From Mobula hypostoma (lineage: Eukaryota), in assembly GCF_963921235.1 (NCBI RefSeq), contig NC_086101.1:10480001-10544000 (forward strand): a DNA stretch of 64,000 nt, written 5' to 3'. The position numbers and the translations under genes are program-made. Position 1 is the first letter of the stretch; every line of letters starts with the position of its first letter. Shown here in pieces: positions 27,701 through 39,800 of this stretch. Below the pieces are notes generated by a model, which had not been told where the DNA came from, did no database searches, and worked only from the letters and a program-made list of their open reading frames with translations.

Positions 27701-28770
27701 CCTCTCCCCCCACACCTCTCCCCCCTCACCTCTCCCCCCTCACCTCTCCCCCCACACCTCCCCCCCACACCTCTCCCCCCACACCTCTCCCCCCACACCT
27801 CTCCCCCCACACCTCTCCCCCCTCACCTCCCCCCCCACACCTCTCCCCCCACACCTCCCCCCCACACCTCTTTCCCCACACCTCTCCCCCCTCACCTCTC
27901 CCCCCTCACCTCTCCCCCCACACCTCTCCCCCCTCACCTCTCCCCCACACCTCCCCCCCACACCTCTTTCACCACACCTCTCCCCCCTCACCTCTCCCCC
28001 CTCACCTCTCCCCCCTCACCTCTCCCCCACACCTCCCCCTTACCTCTTTCACCACACCTCTCCCCCCTCACCTCTCCCCCCTCACCTCTCCCCCCACACC
28101 TCTCCCCCCTCACCTCTCCCCCTCACCTCTCCCCCCTCACCTCTCCCCCCTCACCTCTCCCCCCACACCTCTCCCCCCTCACCTCCCCCCCCACACCTCT
28201 CCCCCCACACCTCCCCCCCACACCTCCCCCCCCACACCTCCCCCCCCACACCTCTCCCCCCTCACCTCTCTCACTGTCAGAACTCCACCCCTACACCTCT
28301 CTGTACCTTCTTCTGTCTCCTGCCCTTCTCACACCCCTCTCTCAAGACTCTCCCCCACATCTCCCTCTCCTCCTTCCTCTGCTCTCTCCCTCTCCCACTT
28401 TTTACTGCCCCTCCACTCTCCCTGTCCCCCCAACTCTCTCCACCTCTCTCCCCTGACCTCTCCCCCCACACCTCTTCCCCCCTCACCTCTCCCCCCACAC
28501 CTCCCCCTTACCTCTCCCCCCTCACCTCTCCCCCCACACCTCCCCCTTACCTCTCCCCCCTCACCTCTCCCCCCTCACCTCCCCCTCACCTCTTTCCCCA
28601 CACCTCTCCCCCCTCACCTCCCCCTCACCTCTTTCCCCACACCTCTCCCCCACACCTCTCCCCCACACCTCTCCCCCACACCTCTCCCCCACACCTCTCC
28701 CCCACACCTCTCCCCCTCACCTCTCTCCCTCACCTCTCCCCCCTCACCTCTCTCCCTCACCTCTCTCACT
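6721..28770. repeat. ~22-kb minisatellite, 14-nt unit CACCTCTCCCCCC(A/T), with interspersed CCCCTTACCTCTTTCACCA variant units
   Basis: Directly visible tandem periodicity. The opposite strand reads (T/A)GGGGGGAGAGGTG. Confidence 0.97.
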
Positions 28771-29470
28771 GTCAGAACTCCACCCCCACACCTCTCTGTA
28801 CCTTCTTCTGTCTCCTGCCCTTCTCACTCTCCTCTCCACTTCCTCAGCACTCGCTCTCTCACCCTTCCCCCTCCCTCCCCTCTCTGAAACTCCCCCTTCT
28901 CTCCCCCACTATCCCTCCTTTCTCTCTCCCCCCTTGCCGTCTCTCCCTCCTACACTCTTTCTCTCTCCCCTCTTTTCACCTCACCCTCACCTCTCTCCCC
29001 ATCTCTCTCACCTCTACACCTCTGTCCCTCCACTGTCTCCCCTCTTCCCCTCCCTCCCACCTCTTCCCCTTCCTCCCCTCCCCCTCACCCCCTCCCAACT
29101 CTCTTTCCACCCTCCTCTCTCTCACTCTCCCACTTTTTACTTCCCCCACCCTCTGACCCCACTACCCCTTCCTCCTCCCCCTATCCCCTCTCCCTCCTCC
29201 CTCCCCTTCCATCCCCTCCCCCTCCCCTGCTCTCTCCTGCTCTGTCCCTCAGACACACTCTCTCTCACTGACTCTCTTTCACTTCCTCTCATCCACTCTC
29301 ACTCTCCACCCACCCCCATCTCCACTCTCCTTCCATCTCGGCCTCTCTCACCCTCTCGCTCTCCCCCACCCCTCACCCCTCCTCCTCCACTCTGAACACC
29401 CTCATCCCTCTCTCTCTCTCCCACCCCTCTCTCCCACCCTCCTCTCTCCCCATCTCCCTCCCCCTCTCTC
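28771..29470. repeat. Polypyrimidine low-complexity tract ending the satellite block
   Basis: C/T-rich without fixed period. Ordinary sequence begins at ~29471. Confidence 0.85.
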
Positions 29471-29732
29471 AAACATCAGACATTTCCTGTTGAGGAAAGC
29501 GAGGGATAGGAATTGGTTCAGGAGTTCGTGTACTTGGATCAGTGAACCCTCCACCAACATTCTGTTTGAATCCGACAGGATCCTTTCTCCGTGCGGCAGC
29601 AAAAGCTCGAGCCAATTCTACAGCTCTCACACTCTGAGAATTTCTCCCATTGGTGTTGGGATTGGTAAACTTTCCCTGCACTGGGAGGCAATTACTGCAT
29701 CACCGTCCACTCCCAGACAAGGTGATAGTGGA

Positions 29733-30148
29733 GCAACACACATCAAAGTTGCTGGTGAACGCAGCAGGCCAGGCAGCATCTGTAGGAAGAGGTACAGTCG
29801 ACGTTTCGGGCCGAGACCCTTCGTCAGGACTAACTGAAGGAAGAGTTAGTAAGGGATTTGAAAGTGGAAGGGGGAGGGGGAGATCCAAAATGATAGGAGA
29901 AGACAGGAGGGGGAGGGATGGAGCCAAGAGCTGGACAGGTGATTGGCAAAAGGGATATGAGAGGATCATGGGACAGGAGGCCCAGGGAGAAAGACAAGTG
30001 GGGGGTCCCAGAGGATGGGCAAGGGGTATAGTCAGAGGGACAGAAGGAGAAAAAGGAGAGAGAGAGAAAGAATGTGTATATAAAAATAAATAACGGATGG
30101 GGTATCAGGGGGAGGTGGGACATTAGCGGAAGTTAGAGAAGTCAATGT
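29733..30148 (-). mobile_element. Penelope-like element 3' end / pseudo-LTR
   Basis: Minus strand reads ...NIDFSNFR* (30148-30122), then a pyrimidine-rich stretch, a hammerhead core and GATGCTGCCTGGCCTGCTGCGTTCACCAGCAAC. This layout is typical of Penelope-like pLTRs. Confidence 0.75.
29795..29832 (-). ncRNA. Minimal type I hammerhead ribozyme in Penelope pLTR
   Basis: Minus strand: UAGUC-CUGACGA-A-GGGU CUCG GCCC-GAAAC-GUC-GACUG. It has the CUGANGA and GAAA boxes, stem II GGGU/GCCC, stem I (U)AGUC/GACU(G) and a GUC cleavage triplet. Confidence 0.75.
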
Positions 30149-30544
30149 TTGTATGTATATAAATAAATAAAGAAAGAAAGAAAGATGATATTGGACTTGG
30201 TTAAGTCCAGGGGTCCTGGCTCATCAGACAGCAAAGCCTCCTTTGCCAGTGATCTACAGCAGGATCTCCAACCTTCACCATCCATATTTTCAGGAAGTTG
30301 TGTAAATAAGTGAGCGACTATTTCCTCCCAAATTCTGTCAGCAAGTTTCCATCAGCAGGTCTAAACTTTAACATGGATGTGGCTGAATTCTGCAGTGACA
30401 ATCATTTACCATCAGTGGATCTCAGGGCTGAATTCTTTTTATGATCCACATTCTCAGCTTCAGCCGTCCGGCAGATGAGCTTTACCCCTGAGATGGACTG
30501 ACGTGTAAATTTGTTCAGGATTTTCTGTTCAACTGCATGGATGG

Positions 30545-30855
30545 AAATTGAATTGAATTGGAATTGGTTTATTACTGTAACAAGCACCAGAAATTTGTCT
30601 TGCATGCTGTTCGTACAGATTAATTAATGACACAGTGCATTGATAGAACAAGGTAAAATAATAACATGCAGAGAAAAGTGTACCAGCTCCAGAGCAAGTT
30701 CAGTGTAGGTAAATGATAAGGAGCAAGACAATATTGAGGTAGATTGTGAGATCAAGAGTGCATCTTATTGTACTAGGAAATGATTCAATAGTCTTATAAG
30801 AGCAGGGTAGAAGCTGTCTTTTAGACTGCTTTCAGGCTTTTGGATCTTCCACCCC
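30545..30855 (-). mobile_element. Decayed non-LTR retrotransposon 3' end (Rex1/Babar-like)
   Basis: Minus-strand LKDSFYPALIRLLN C-terminal motif, followed by a 3' UTR ending in AATAAA and a (CAATT)n tail. Confidence 0.55.
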
Positions 30856-30856
30856 A

Positions 30857-31117
30857 GAATAATAATGTAGGTCGCATCCAGAACTTCTCCGGGTAGCGGA
30901 CGACTTCCTCTCACGCCGTTCTGACGTAGTTGGAATTCGCATACTAGGCAAGTTACAGCAGTGGTTTGCCATTGCCTTCTGCCGGGTGAGTTTATTTTTC
31001 CAAAGAGATCACCAGCTCTTAACCCCGCATGGATGGAAAGCGTGCTGGGGGGAGCCAACTGGGTTTGAACTTCAGAACCTCCACCCCGCAGTCCAGCGCC
31101 GATGTCACTACGCCATG
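30857..31117 (-). mobile_element. tRNA-derived SINE
   Basis: Minus-strand head has an A-box-like TGGCGTAGTG and a B-box-like GTTCAAACCC. The body contains GGCAATGGCAAACCACT and ends in a short (ATT)n tail. Confidence 0.6.
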
Positions 31118-31252
31118 GGAAATGGTCATGGTGGAGACTGACACTTTGGGGATCTCCGTTTGGGAAAGTTACTGATATGGTCCTTGATGATAAACATTTA
31201 ACTTCTGACCTACAAGTGGTGATGCAGAATTAGGAGCTGCTATTATGTATTT

Positions 31253-31593
31253 GTAGAAGAATGCTATGCATATCATCTACCGACAGGATAACCAATGAAG
31301 AAGTTCTACAGAGAACAAAAACAAAACTTACATTACTTAAAAAAATCAGAAAACAGCAATCAAAATTCTTTGGACACATCATGTGAAGAGAGACATTGGA
31401 ACATTTAGTTACAACTGGAAAGCTGGAAGGAAAAAGAAGCAGAGGCAGACAGAGAATGAAAATGATAGATGGAATAACCTCATGGTTAGAAACAGGGGAG
31501 GCAACAACTACAATTCGGAGGGTCAGGGACCGTGATGGATGGAGAGACATGATCGCCCATGCCGAATGGCAAGGCACCTGAATGAATGAATGA
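31253..31593 (+). mobile_element. RTE-clade LINE, 5'-truncated 3' end
   Basis: Translates RRMLCISSTDRITNEEVL...FFGHIM...GKLEGKRSRGRQR...WRDMIAHA. Has a (TGAA)n tail and an 11-bp TSD ATTATGTATTT at 31242-31252 and 31594-31604. Confidence 0.85.
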
Positions 31594-31684
31594 ATTATGT
31601 ATTTAAAGCTGTTTCATGTGAAATTAATTGCACACGAAATTCCTGAGAGATTTCTTCAGTCAGGTCTGTTCTTTCTGTTTTCAG

Positions 31685-31711
31685 AGTGGAAGAGGATACG
31701 TGGCCATGAAG
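31685..31711 (+). CDS. 27-nt phase-1/phase-1 microexon of a butyrophilin/TRIM-type B30.2 gene (E)WKRIRGHE(V)
   Basis: Acceptor TTCTTTCTGTTTTCAG and donor AAG|GTAAGA. It joins in frame to the exon at 41755 (G+TC = Val). Size and WK/R..H pattern resemble the 27-nt pre-B30.2 exon of butyrophilins. Confidence 0.7.
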
Positions 31712-32099
31712 GTAAGATCTTGTGTTACTAGACTGAGAGGTTTAGTATAAACAGCTTTTTGAAAATGAATCAGTCCCGGTGTAATGGGAGGTATTCCGGA
31801 GGTTGAAGGAGTTCAGGGTGATGTGTTCTCACAAAGGTGGAAAAAGTCATGTGGCATGATTGCATTCATAGGTCGAAGCGTAGAATATAACAGTTCGTAT
31901 GTTTTGTTTGCAAGTGGGAAGATTTGCTGGTACTGCTCTGGATTGGTGAGGGTGGGGTGGAGTGGTGTAAACTAGTCTTGCAGGGGGATGGGAACCAAAG
32001 TGCCAGAGCAGATATGGAGTGGTTGTGGGAAAAGATGCTATTAACACTACATACAAAGACAGCAGTTGAAAGGTTGAGTATGGTGGGAAGAATGTTCTG

Positions 32100-34660
32100 A
32101 GTTGCATCCATTTCAATGCAAGAAGTATTGTACGTAAGGCGGGTGAGCTGAAAGCGTGAATCAGCACGTGGAATTATGACATTGTAGCCATTGGCTGGAG
32201 GAGGGGCAGGACCAGCAGCTCAGTGTTCCCGGTTCCATTGTTTTAGACATGTTTTTAAACATGGGAGTGAAACTGGCAAATATGACACAGCACAAGAGAT
32301 TAAAGGGGGAAAGCTGGTATTACTGGCAGGGAAAAATGTTACTGCAGTTCTCAGACAGGACAGACTGGAGGGCTCGTCTACTTAGGCTATATGGGTGGAA
32401 CTGAGGGTCTGGCAAGTGTGAATTGGGACAGGTTGTTCTCACTCAAAGGTGTGCTTGGTAAATTTTGCCTTCAAAATTTTGAGAGTACAGAATTTGTATG
32501 TTCCTGTATGAATAAAAGGCAAGGCTAAGAGTTTAGGAAACCTTGTTTTTTGTGGGCAAATTAGGCTCTGGTTCAGAAGAGGAAGAAGGATCAGGCAGCA
32601 CGGAACAAATGAGGTACTTGAGTATCAGAAATGCAAGCAAACACTTGAGAGGAAATCAGGAGGCTAAAATAAGCCATGAAGTTGCTCCAGCAGACAAGGT
32701 GAAAAACAATCCCAAGGACTTCTACAGATATGTGAAGAACAAAGGAGTAGCACAGGACAAAACTGACCCACTTGAAGATCAGTGTGATATCTGTGCATGG
32801 AGCCTAAAGAGATGGAGGAAATCTTAAATGGATTTTTTACATCTGTATTTACTCAGGAGATGGACAGAGTCCCTACAAGTGAGGCAAAACAGCAGGGAGA
32901 TCATGGACCGTATGGAGCTGACAGAGGAGGATGTGGTCGCTGAATTAGGGTGAATAAACGCCCAGGGCTTGACAAAGTCCCCCTTCAGACCATGTGGGAT
33001 GTTAGTGCAGAAATTGCAGGGATGCTAACAGAAGTATTTAAAGCATCCTCAGCCACAAGGGAGGTGCCAGAGGATTGGAGGAGAGTTAATGTTGTTCCGT
33101 CGTTCAAGAAAGGCTCTAAGAATAAACCAGAAAATTGTAGGCAGCTGAGTCTGCCATGGGTAGTGGGCAAGTCAACCTAAGGGACAGAAAATTTCAGTAT
33201 AAAGACTGGTTGAACTGGGCTTGTACTCGTTGGAATTTAGAAGATTGAGGGGGGATCTGATTGAAACGTATAAAATCCTAAAGGGATTGGACAGGCTAGA
33301 TGCAGGAAGATTGTTCCCGATGTTGGGGAAGTCCAGAACGAGGGGCCACAGTTTGAGGATAGAGGGGAAGCCTTTTAGGACCAAGATTAGGAAAAACTTC
33401 TTCACACAGAGAGTGGTGAATCTGTGGAATTCTCTGCCACAGGAAACTGTTGAGGCCAGTTCATTGGCTATGTTTAAGAGAGAGTTAGATATGGCCCTTG
33501 TGGCTACAGGGGATCAGGGGGTATGGAGGGAAGGCTGGGGCGGGGTTCTGAGTTGGATGATCAGCCATGATCATAATAAATGGCGGTGCAGGCTCGAAGG
33601 GCCGAATGGCCTACTCCTGCACCTATTTTCTATGTTTCTATGTTTCTACTTTGGTGGACAATGACTGATTAGGGATAGTCTGCATGACTTTGTCTGTGAT
33701 AGCTCATGTCTAATCAATCTTACAGAGTCTTTCGAGGAAGTTACCAGTAAGGTTGTTGAAGGCAAGACAGTGGATGATGTTGACATGGACTTTAACAAGG
33801 CCTTTTACAAGATGCCGCTTGGGAGTTTATTCAGGATGGTTCAGTCACTTGCCATTTAGCATGAGGTAGCAAATTGGATTTGATATTTGCTTCACAGGAG
33901 AAGCCAGTGAGAGGTAGTAAATGATTGCCTCTCTGACTGCTGCCCTGTGACTAGTGGAGTACTGCTGGGATCGGTGGGAGGTCCATTATTGTTTGTCTTC
34001 TGTATCACCGATCTGGATGATAATGTGATAAACTGCAACAGCAAATTTTCAGATGACACCAAGATTCTGGGTCTGATGGACAGGGAGGAAGGCTATCAAA
34101 GCTTTCAGCAGGATGAACCAACTGGAACCATGGGCTGAAAAATGACACATGAAATTTCATGCAGACGAGTGTGAGGTGTTGCACTTTGGAAGGACAAACC
34201 AGGGTAGGACTTGCAGGGTGAGGGGTCGGACAGTGAGGAACAGAAGGATCTAGGAATACAGATCCTTAATTCTTTGAAAGTTGTCACAGGTTGTAAAGAG
34301 AGTTTTGGCACATTGGCCTTCATAAATCATAAATTGAGTTCAAGAGTTGCAATGTAATGTCGAAAACATTGGTGAGGCCAAGTCTGGAGTATTATCTGCA
34401 GTTCTGGTCACCCACCTACAGGAAAGATCAATACGATTGAAAACGAGTCCAGAGAAAACTTGCACAGCTGTTGACTGGGCTTGAGGACCTACCTGAGTTA
34501 TCGGGCAGGGTTAAATATGTTAGGACTTTATTCCACTGAGTGTAGAAGAATGAGGGGAAATTTGACAGAAGTGTACACAACTATGAGGGGTATAGATAGG
34601 GTAAATGCACGCAGACGTTTTCACTGAGGTTGAGTGAGACTAGAACTAGAGAGCATAGGA
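32100..34660 (+). mobile_element. Decayed CR1 LINE ORF2 (endonuclease remnant to RT and 3' end), with a younger CR1 inserted
   Basis: Fragments KNNPKDFYRYVKNK, VPEDWRRVNVVPSFKKG, VTSGVLLGSVGGPLLF and KFSDDTK, with many stops and frameshifts. Confidence 0.85.
33200..33647 (+). mobile_element. Younger CR1 3' fragment nested in older CR1
   Basis: LYSLEFRRLRGDLIETYKILKG...RKNFFTQRVVNLWNSLP, ending in a (TATGTTTC)n tail. Confidence 0.9.
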
Positions 34661-34664
34661 TGAG

Positions 34665-36740
34665 AACTATCCTCCATAATTATCTTGACTCTCATGGAAT
34701 TATGATCACTTGATCAAAAGTGTTCCCCTCGACACACTTCTGTCGCCTGCCTTGTCTCTTTCCCTATCACACACTCTTCAGTTGCAACCTCTATATATTG
34801 ATGTAGGAACGTTTCCTGAACACGGTTGACAAACTCAGTCACATCCAGTCCTCTTACAGATGGGAAATCCCAGACAATATAAGGAAGTATAAAATCACTT
34901 ACAATCAATTGCACTGGGCAATGAACGAGGACAGGTGACAGATCACTCAGTGGTGACCTTTTTGGAGACGGTGACCACAACTCCCTCACTTTTCCCATAG
35001 CCTTGGACAGGGATTTGAGCAGCCAGTGTAACTGGAGGATGGTGAGTTATGACGCTATTAGGTGGGAGCTTGGGATTGTCAACTGGGAGTGGTGGTTCTG
35101 TGGGAAATGCACAATGTAGAGATGGTGTTTGTTTAGGGAACACTTGCATGGGTTCATGTACAGGTTTGTCCCATGGAGACAGTGAAATGGTGGGAGGGTG
35201 AAGAAACCATGGTTGACAAGACATATAGAACATCAGGTCAAGAGGAAGCAGGAAATTTAATTCCAGTTTTGGGAAGCAAAGATCGACAGGGCTCCAGAGA
35301 GTTAGAACGTAGCCAGGAAGGAGCTGAAAACTGGACTGGGGAGAGTTAGAAGACACGAGAAGGCCTTGGTGAGTAGGATTAAGGAAAACCCCAAGGCATT
35401 GTACACATTGTGAAGAACAGGAGGATAACTAGAGTGAGGAAGGACTGATCAGGGACAGAAGTGGAAACATGCCTGGAGTCAGAGGAGGTTGGAAAGGTCT
35501 TTAATAAAGACTTTGCTTTAGTATTAACTACTGAGAGAGAGACAATGATTTTTCTGAGAACAGCACAAAACAGGCTGATATGCTAGAACATGTCGACATT
35601 CAGAAAGAGGATGTGCTGGTTGTTTAGTAAAGTATTAGGATGGATAAGACCACAGTCTATACCACAGGTTACTATGGGAAGTGAGGGAAGAGATTTCTGT
35701 GTCATTGGCGCTTATCTTTGTCTCCTCATTTGTCACAGTAGTGGTGCCATATGCCTGGAGAGTGGCATATTAAACTAATTTGGGAGGGGGATGGGAACCG
35801 GAGAGATCGTGCTGAGGATGAGGTAGTTGGTTTACAAACAGAGGCAGTGTGTAGTGAGACTCCTGGCAAAGAGAGGCTGATAATAGGGGAAAAGTGCAGT
35901 CAACAGGGTGAGTTGTAATGTAAAAAGTGGGCACAATCTGAAAGGTTGAATACAGGATTCAAGGTGTTATATTTGAACGTGCGCAGTATACAGAATAAGG
36001 TAGATGAACTTGTAGCAGAGTTACAGATTGGCAAGTATCATGCTGTAGGCTTCACTGATCGAGGCTGAAATAAGATTATATCTGTGACCTTAATGTCCAA
36101 GGATGCACATTGAATCAAAAGAACAGGTAGGAAGGCAGAGGGGGCTGCGTGGCTCTGTTGGTAATAAAATATGAAATCAAATCATTAGAAGGAGGGGACA
36201 TCAGATCGGAAGGTGTTGAATAATTGTGGACAGAGCTTTGGAATGGCAAGGGTAAAAAGACCCTGATGGGAGTTGTATACAAACCCCAAACAGTAGTTTG
36301 TGGTCTGCAAGCTACAACAGGGGATAGAAGGTGCATGCCGAAAGGGCAATGATACAAGGGGGGATTTCAATATTTGGGTAAATTGGGAAAATCAGGTTGG
36401 TGTGGGATTCCGAGAGGGAATTTCTACAATGTCTCAGAGAAGGCCTTTTAGAGCAGCTTGTGGTTGAGTCCACCAGGGGATCTGCTATTCTCGAATGGGT
36501 GAAATGAACTGGAATTGATGAGAAAGGTTAAGGTAGAAGAAACCTTAGGGGAAAGTGATCATAATATGATCGAATTCACACTGGAAATTTGAGAAGGAGA
36601 AGCAGAAGTCATAGGTATCCGTATTACAGTGCAGTAAAGGTAATTACAGAGGCAGGAGAAAGGAGTTGGCCAGAATTCATTGGAAAAGAACACTGGCAGG
36701 GATGACGGCAGAGCAGGAAAGGCTTGGATATGATACAAAG
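34665..36740. mobile_element. Patchwork of old CR1 fragments (34665-34910 minus; 34910-36740 plus, endonuclease region)
   Basis: GDGDHNSL, KENPKA, LYLNVRSIQNKVDEL and SDHNMIEF motifs of the CR1 APE endonuclease and linker, heavily decayed. Confidence 0.7.
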
Positions 36741-36860
36741 GATGTTTATCTTCCGAATTTTCTGCACCGGAGGGCTGTGGGGTCTCAGTCATTCAGTTCA
36801 TTTAAATTCACAGAGTCTTTGTCAAGGACATGGAAACCATAGAAATGGTTTACAAGGGTG

Positions 36861-39800
36861 TAATTTTTTTTATGTTTTTAAATTTTTTTATGCGTTTCTA
36901 CAATATAGCTACAGGAAAAAACCATCAACAAAATGGAGATTTATACAGTGCAAAACATGTCCAATATATAATTCATAACAACAAAGAAAAAGCACCCAAA
37001 ATAAAATCTTGTAAGATTAGTATCCTCCCCAACGTCCCACTAGAAAAAAAGCCCAGGCCAACCATTTCTGTGTATAGAAAAAAAATTATTGGAGCATTCA
37101 ACCCCACAGAGCTGTAAATGTATATTAAAAAAAGAAAATATAATGCTGACTACCAAAACTATAATGTAATTCCCAACAAAAAAAACCATAAAACATACAG
37201 GAAAAAAAAGCAGAAAGTAAGGGAGTGTGGTACAAGAGAAAAGGATAAACCTCATCTAAAAAGGAGTTATGAAAGTATTGAAGAAAATGTCCCCACACCT
37301 TATGAAACTTTATGTCCGAATTAAGAAATGAATAATGAATCTTTTCAAGGTCTAAGCAGGACATAATATCACTCAGCCATTGACCATGAGTGGGTGGGGC
37401 AGCATCTCTCCTCCTAAGAAGAATTAACCATCTCAACAAGAGAGAGGCTAAGGAAAATGTTCGACGTTTAGTCTGACTCGAGTGCATGTCTACTTCACCC
37501 AAAGTGCCAAAAACAGCAATCAGAGGGTTAGGTTCTAAGTGCCAATTAAGAATATGAGAGAGAGTTGAAAAAACTTCTCTCCTGAATTTCTCTAGACAAG
37601 GACAGGCCCAGTATATATGCATAAGAGAAGCCTCAACCCCTTTACACTTATCACAAACGGGACTAGTGTCAGGGTAAAACTGTGATAATTTAGTTTTAGA
37701 CATATGAACCCTGTGTACAGCCTTAAACTGCAAAAGGCAGTAGCGAGCACATGAAGAGGTTAAGTTAACTGACTTCAGAATTGAATCCCAAACCGCATCA
37801 GATAAGGAAATATTTAAATCATGCTCCCTGGCAGTTCTAATTTTATCAAAGGGGGCACACCTCAAGATCACTAACTTATCCCAAATAACAGATATTTACC
37901 CAATGGATTGATACAAAGAAACAGGTCCAGAACGTTTTTCTCAGGCTTCTCAGGAAAGTTTGATATCAAAGGGTTAATGAAATGCCTAATTGGAAGATAT
38001 CTAAAGAAATGAGCATTAGGTAGGTTAAACTTTACAGACAGTTATTGAAAAGTTGCAAAATGATTACCTATGAAAAGATCTTCAAAAAGCCTAATACCCT
38101 TTCTATACCAATGATAAAATGTTGAATCCCGCATAGAAAGTAGGAAAAGATGATTGTATAAAATAGGGTAGAGAGAGAGAAATCATGAAGGTCGTTACAT
38201 TTTCTGAACTGAGCCCATATTCTCAGAGTACAGTATGTCTAATAAGAGGATTTACAATTAGTCTGGGCAAATGACAGGGAAGTCCGGACCCGAGAAGTGC
38301 AGAAATGGAAAGATCCTTACTAGAATTCAACTCCATTTTGGGCAGTCAGACTGATTATGGAAGAAAGACCAAAAACTAAGACAAGGAATATTGGCTGCCC
38401 AATAATATAAACAAAATTAGGCAAGGCCATACCCCCTTCCTTTTTAGATTTTTGAAGGTGAGCTTTATTGAGTCTAAAGCGTTTACCCTTCCATAAATAG
38501 GACGAAATAATAGAATCTAACGCATCAAAAAAAGCTTTAGAAATAAAAATTGGTAAAGATTGAAATAAATACAAAAATTTAGGAAGGATATACATTTTAA
38601 TAACATTAATTTGACCTACAAGAGTCATGGACAAGGGTGACCACTGTGTCAGATTCTGTTTTGTAGAGTTTAGAAGATTGGTAAAATTTTCTCGAAAAAG
38701 ACTCTTAAAGTTCCTTGTTACTATAATACCAAGATAAGTGAATTGACTGTTAACTACTTTAAAAGGGAGGTCATGGAATATTAATGCTAGTGCTTCTCTA
38801 TTGATTGGAAAGAGTTCGTTCTTGTGTAAATTAAGTTTATAACCAGAAAGCTGACTAAATTTATTAAGGAGTGAAAACATTGGGGGTAAGGAGGTAGTCG
38901 GGTTTGATATAAAAAGTAAAAGATCATCGGCATAAAGGGAAACTTTATGCTCCACACCTCCACTCCAAATCCCCATCAATTCAGCACAGCTACGAAACGC
39001 AATCGCCAGTGGTTCTATAGCCAAATCAAAAAGTCAGGGACTTAGAGGGCATCCTTGATGGGTGCCACGTTTAAGGCTGAAAGACTGGGATTGCTGAGAG
39101 TTGGTCAAAACAGAAGCGGTAGGACATGAATATAACAATTTAATCCATGTAATAAAACTTTGTCCAAAATCAAATTTTTCTAAAACTGCAAAAAGGTAAT
39201 TCCATTCCCCACGATCGAATGCTTTCTCCACATCAAGAGAAATAACACATTCAGGAGTCCCAATTGAGGGTGAATATAAGAGATTAAATAAGTGCTGTAT
39301 ATTAAAAAAGGGAAGGCGATTTTTAATAAAACCAGTTTGATCTTCAGAAATAATAGAAGGTACAATGTTCTGTAATCTATGAGTCAAAACTGAAGCCAAA
39401 ATTTTAGCCAAAATTTTAACATCAACATTTAACAAAGAAATCGGCCTATACGAAGAACAGTCTGTTAGATCTTTACCTTTTTTGGCTAAAAGAATGATAC
39501 ATGCCTCGTTAAATGATGCTGGCAATTTGCCATGTTTAAACGAATCAGATAGAACTAAAAATAATTGAGACAAAAGCAGTGAAGAAAATGATTTATAAAA
39601 TTCTACAGAAAAGCCATCAGGTCCAGGAGATCTACCCGACTGCAATGCAGAGATGGCAGATGATATTTCCTCTACTGATAATGGCTTATTGAGTTTTGCT
39701 TTAAAGTCAGAGGAGAGTGAAAGAATATTAAAACTGTTTAAAAAATGCTCAATAGAGATACTATCATTTAAAGATTCAGATGTATAAAATCAGGAATAAT

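Noticed and set aside
126..28617. Dozens of Gly/Glu/Arg/Trp-rich minus-strand ORFs up to 385 aa
   Set aside because: They are translations of the G-rich satellite strand, open in several frames at once because stop codons are compositionally rare.
6721..28770. CRISPR-like repeat-spacer array
   Set aside because: No unique spacers, no cas genes and a vertebrate context. The variant units are themselves repeated.
28934..29395. 153-aa Pro/Leu/Ser-rich ORF
   Set aside because: Translation of a polypyrimidine tract, with a non-ATG start.
31702..31711. GCCATGAAG in the microexon as the start codon
   Set aside because: After splicing it is out of frame with the B30.2 domain and stops at 41823.
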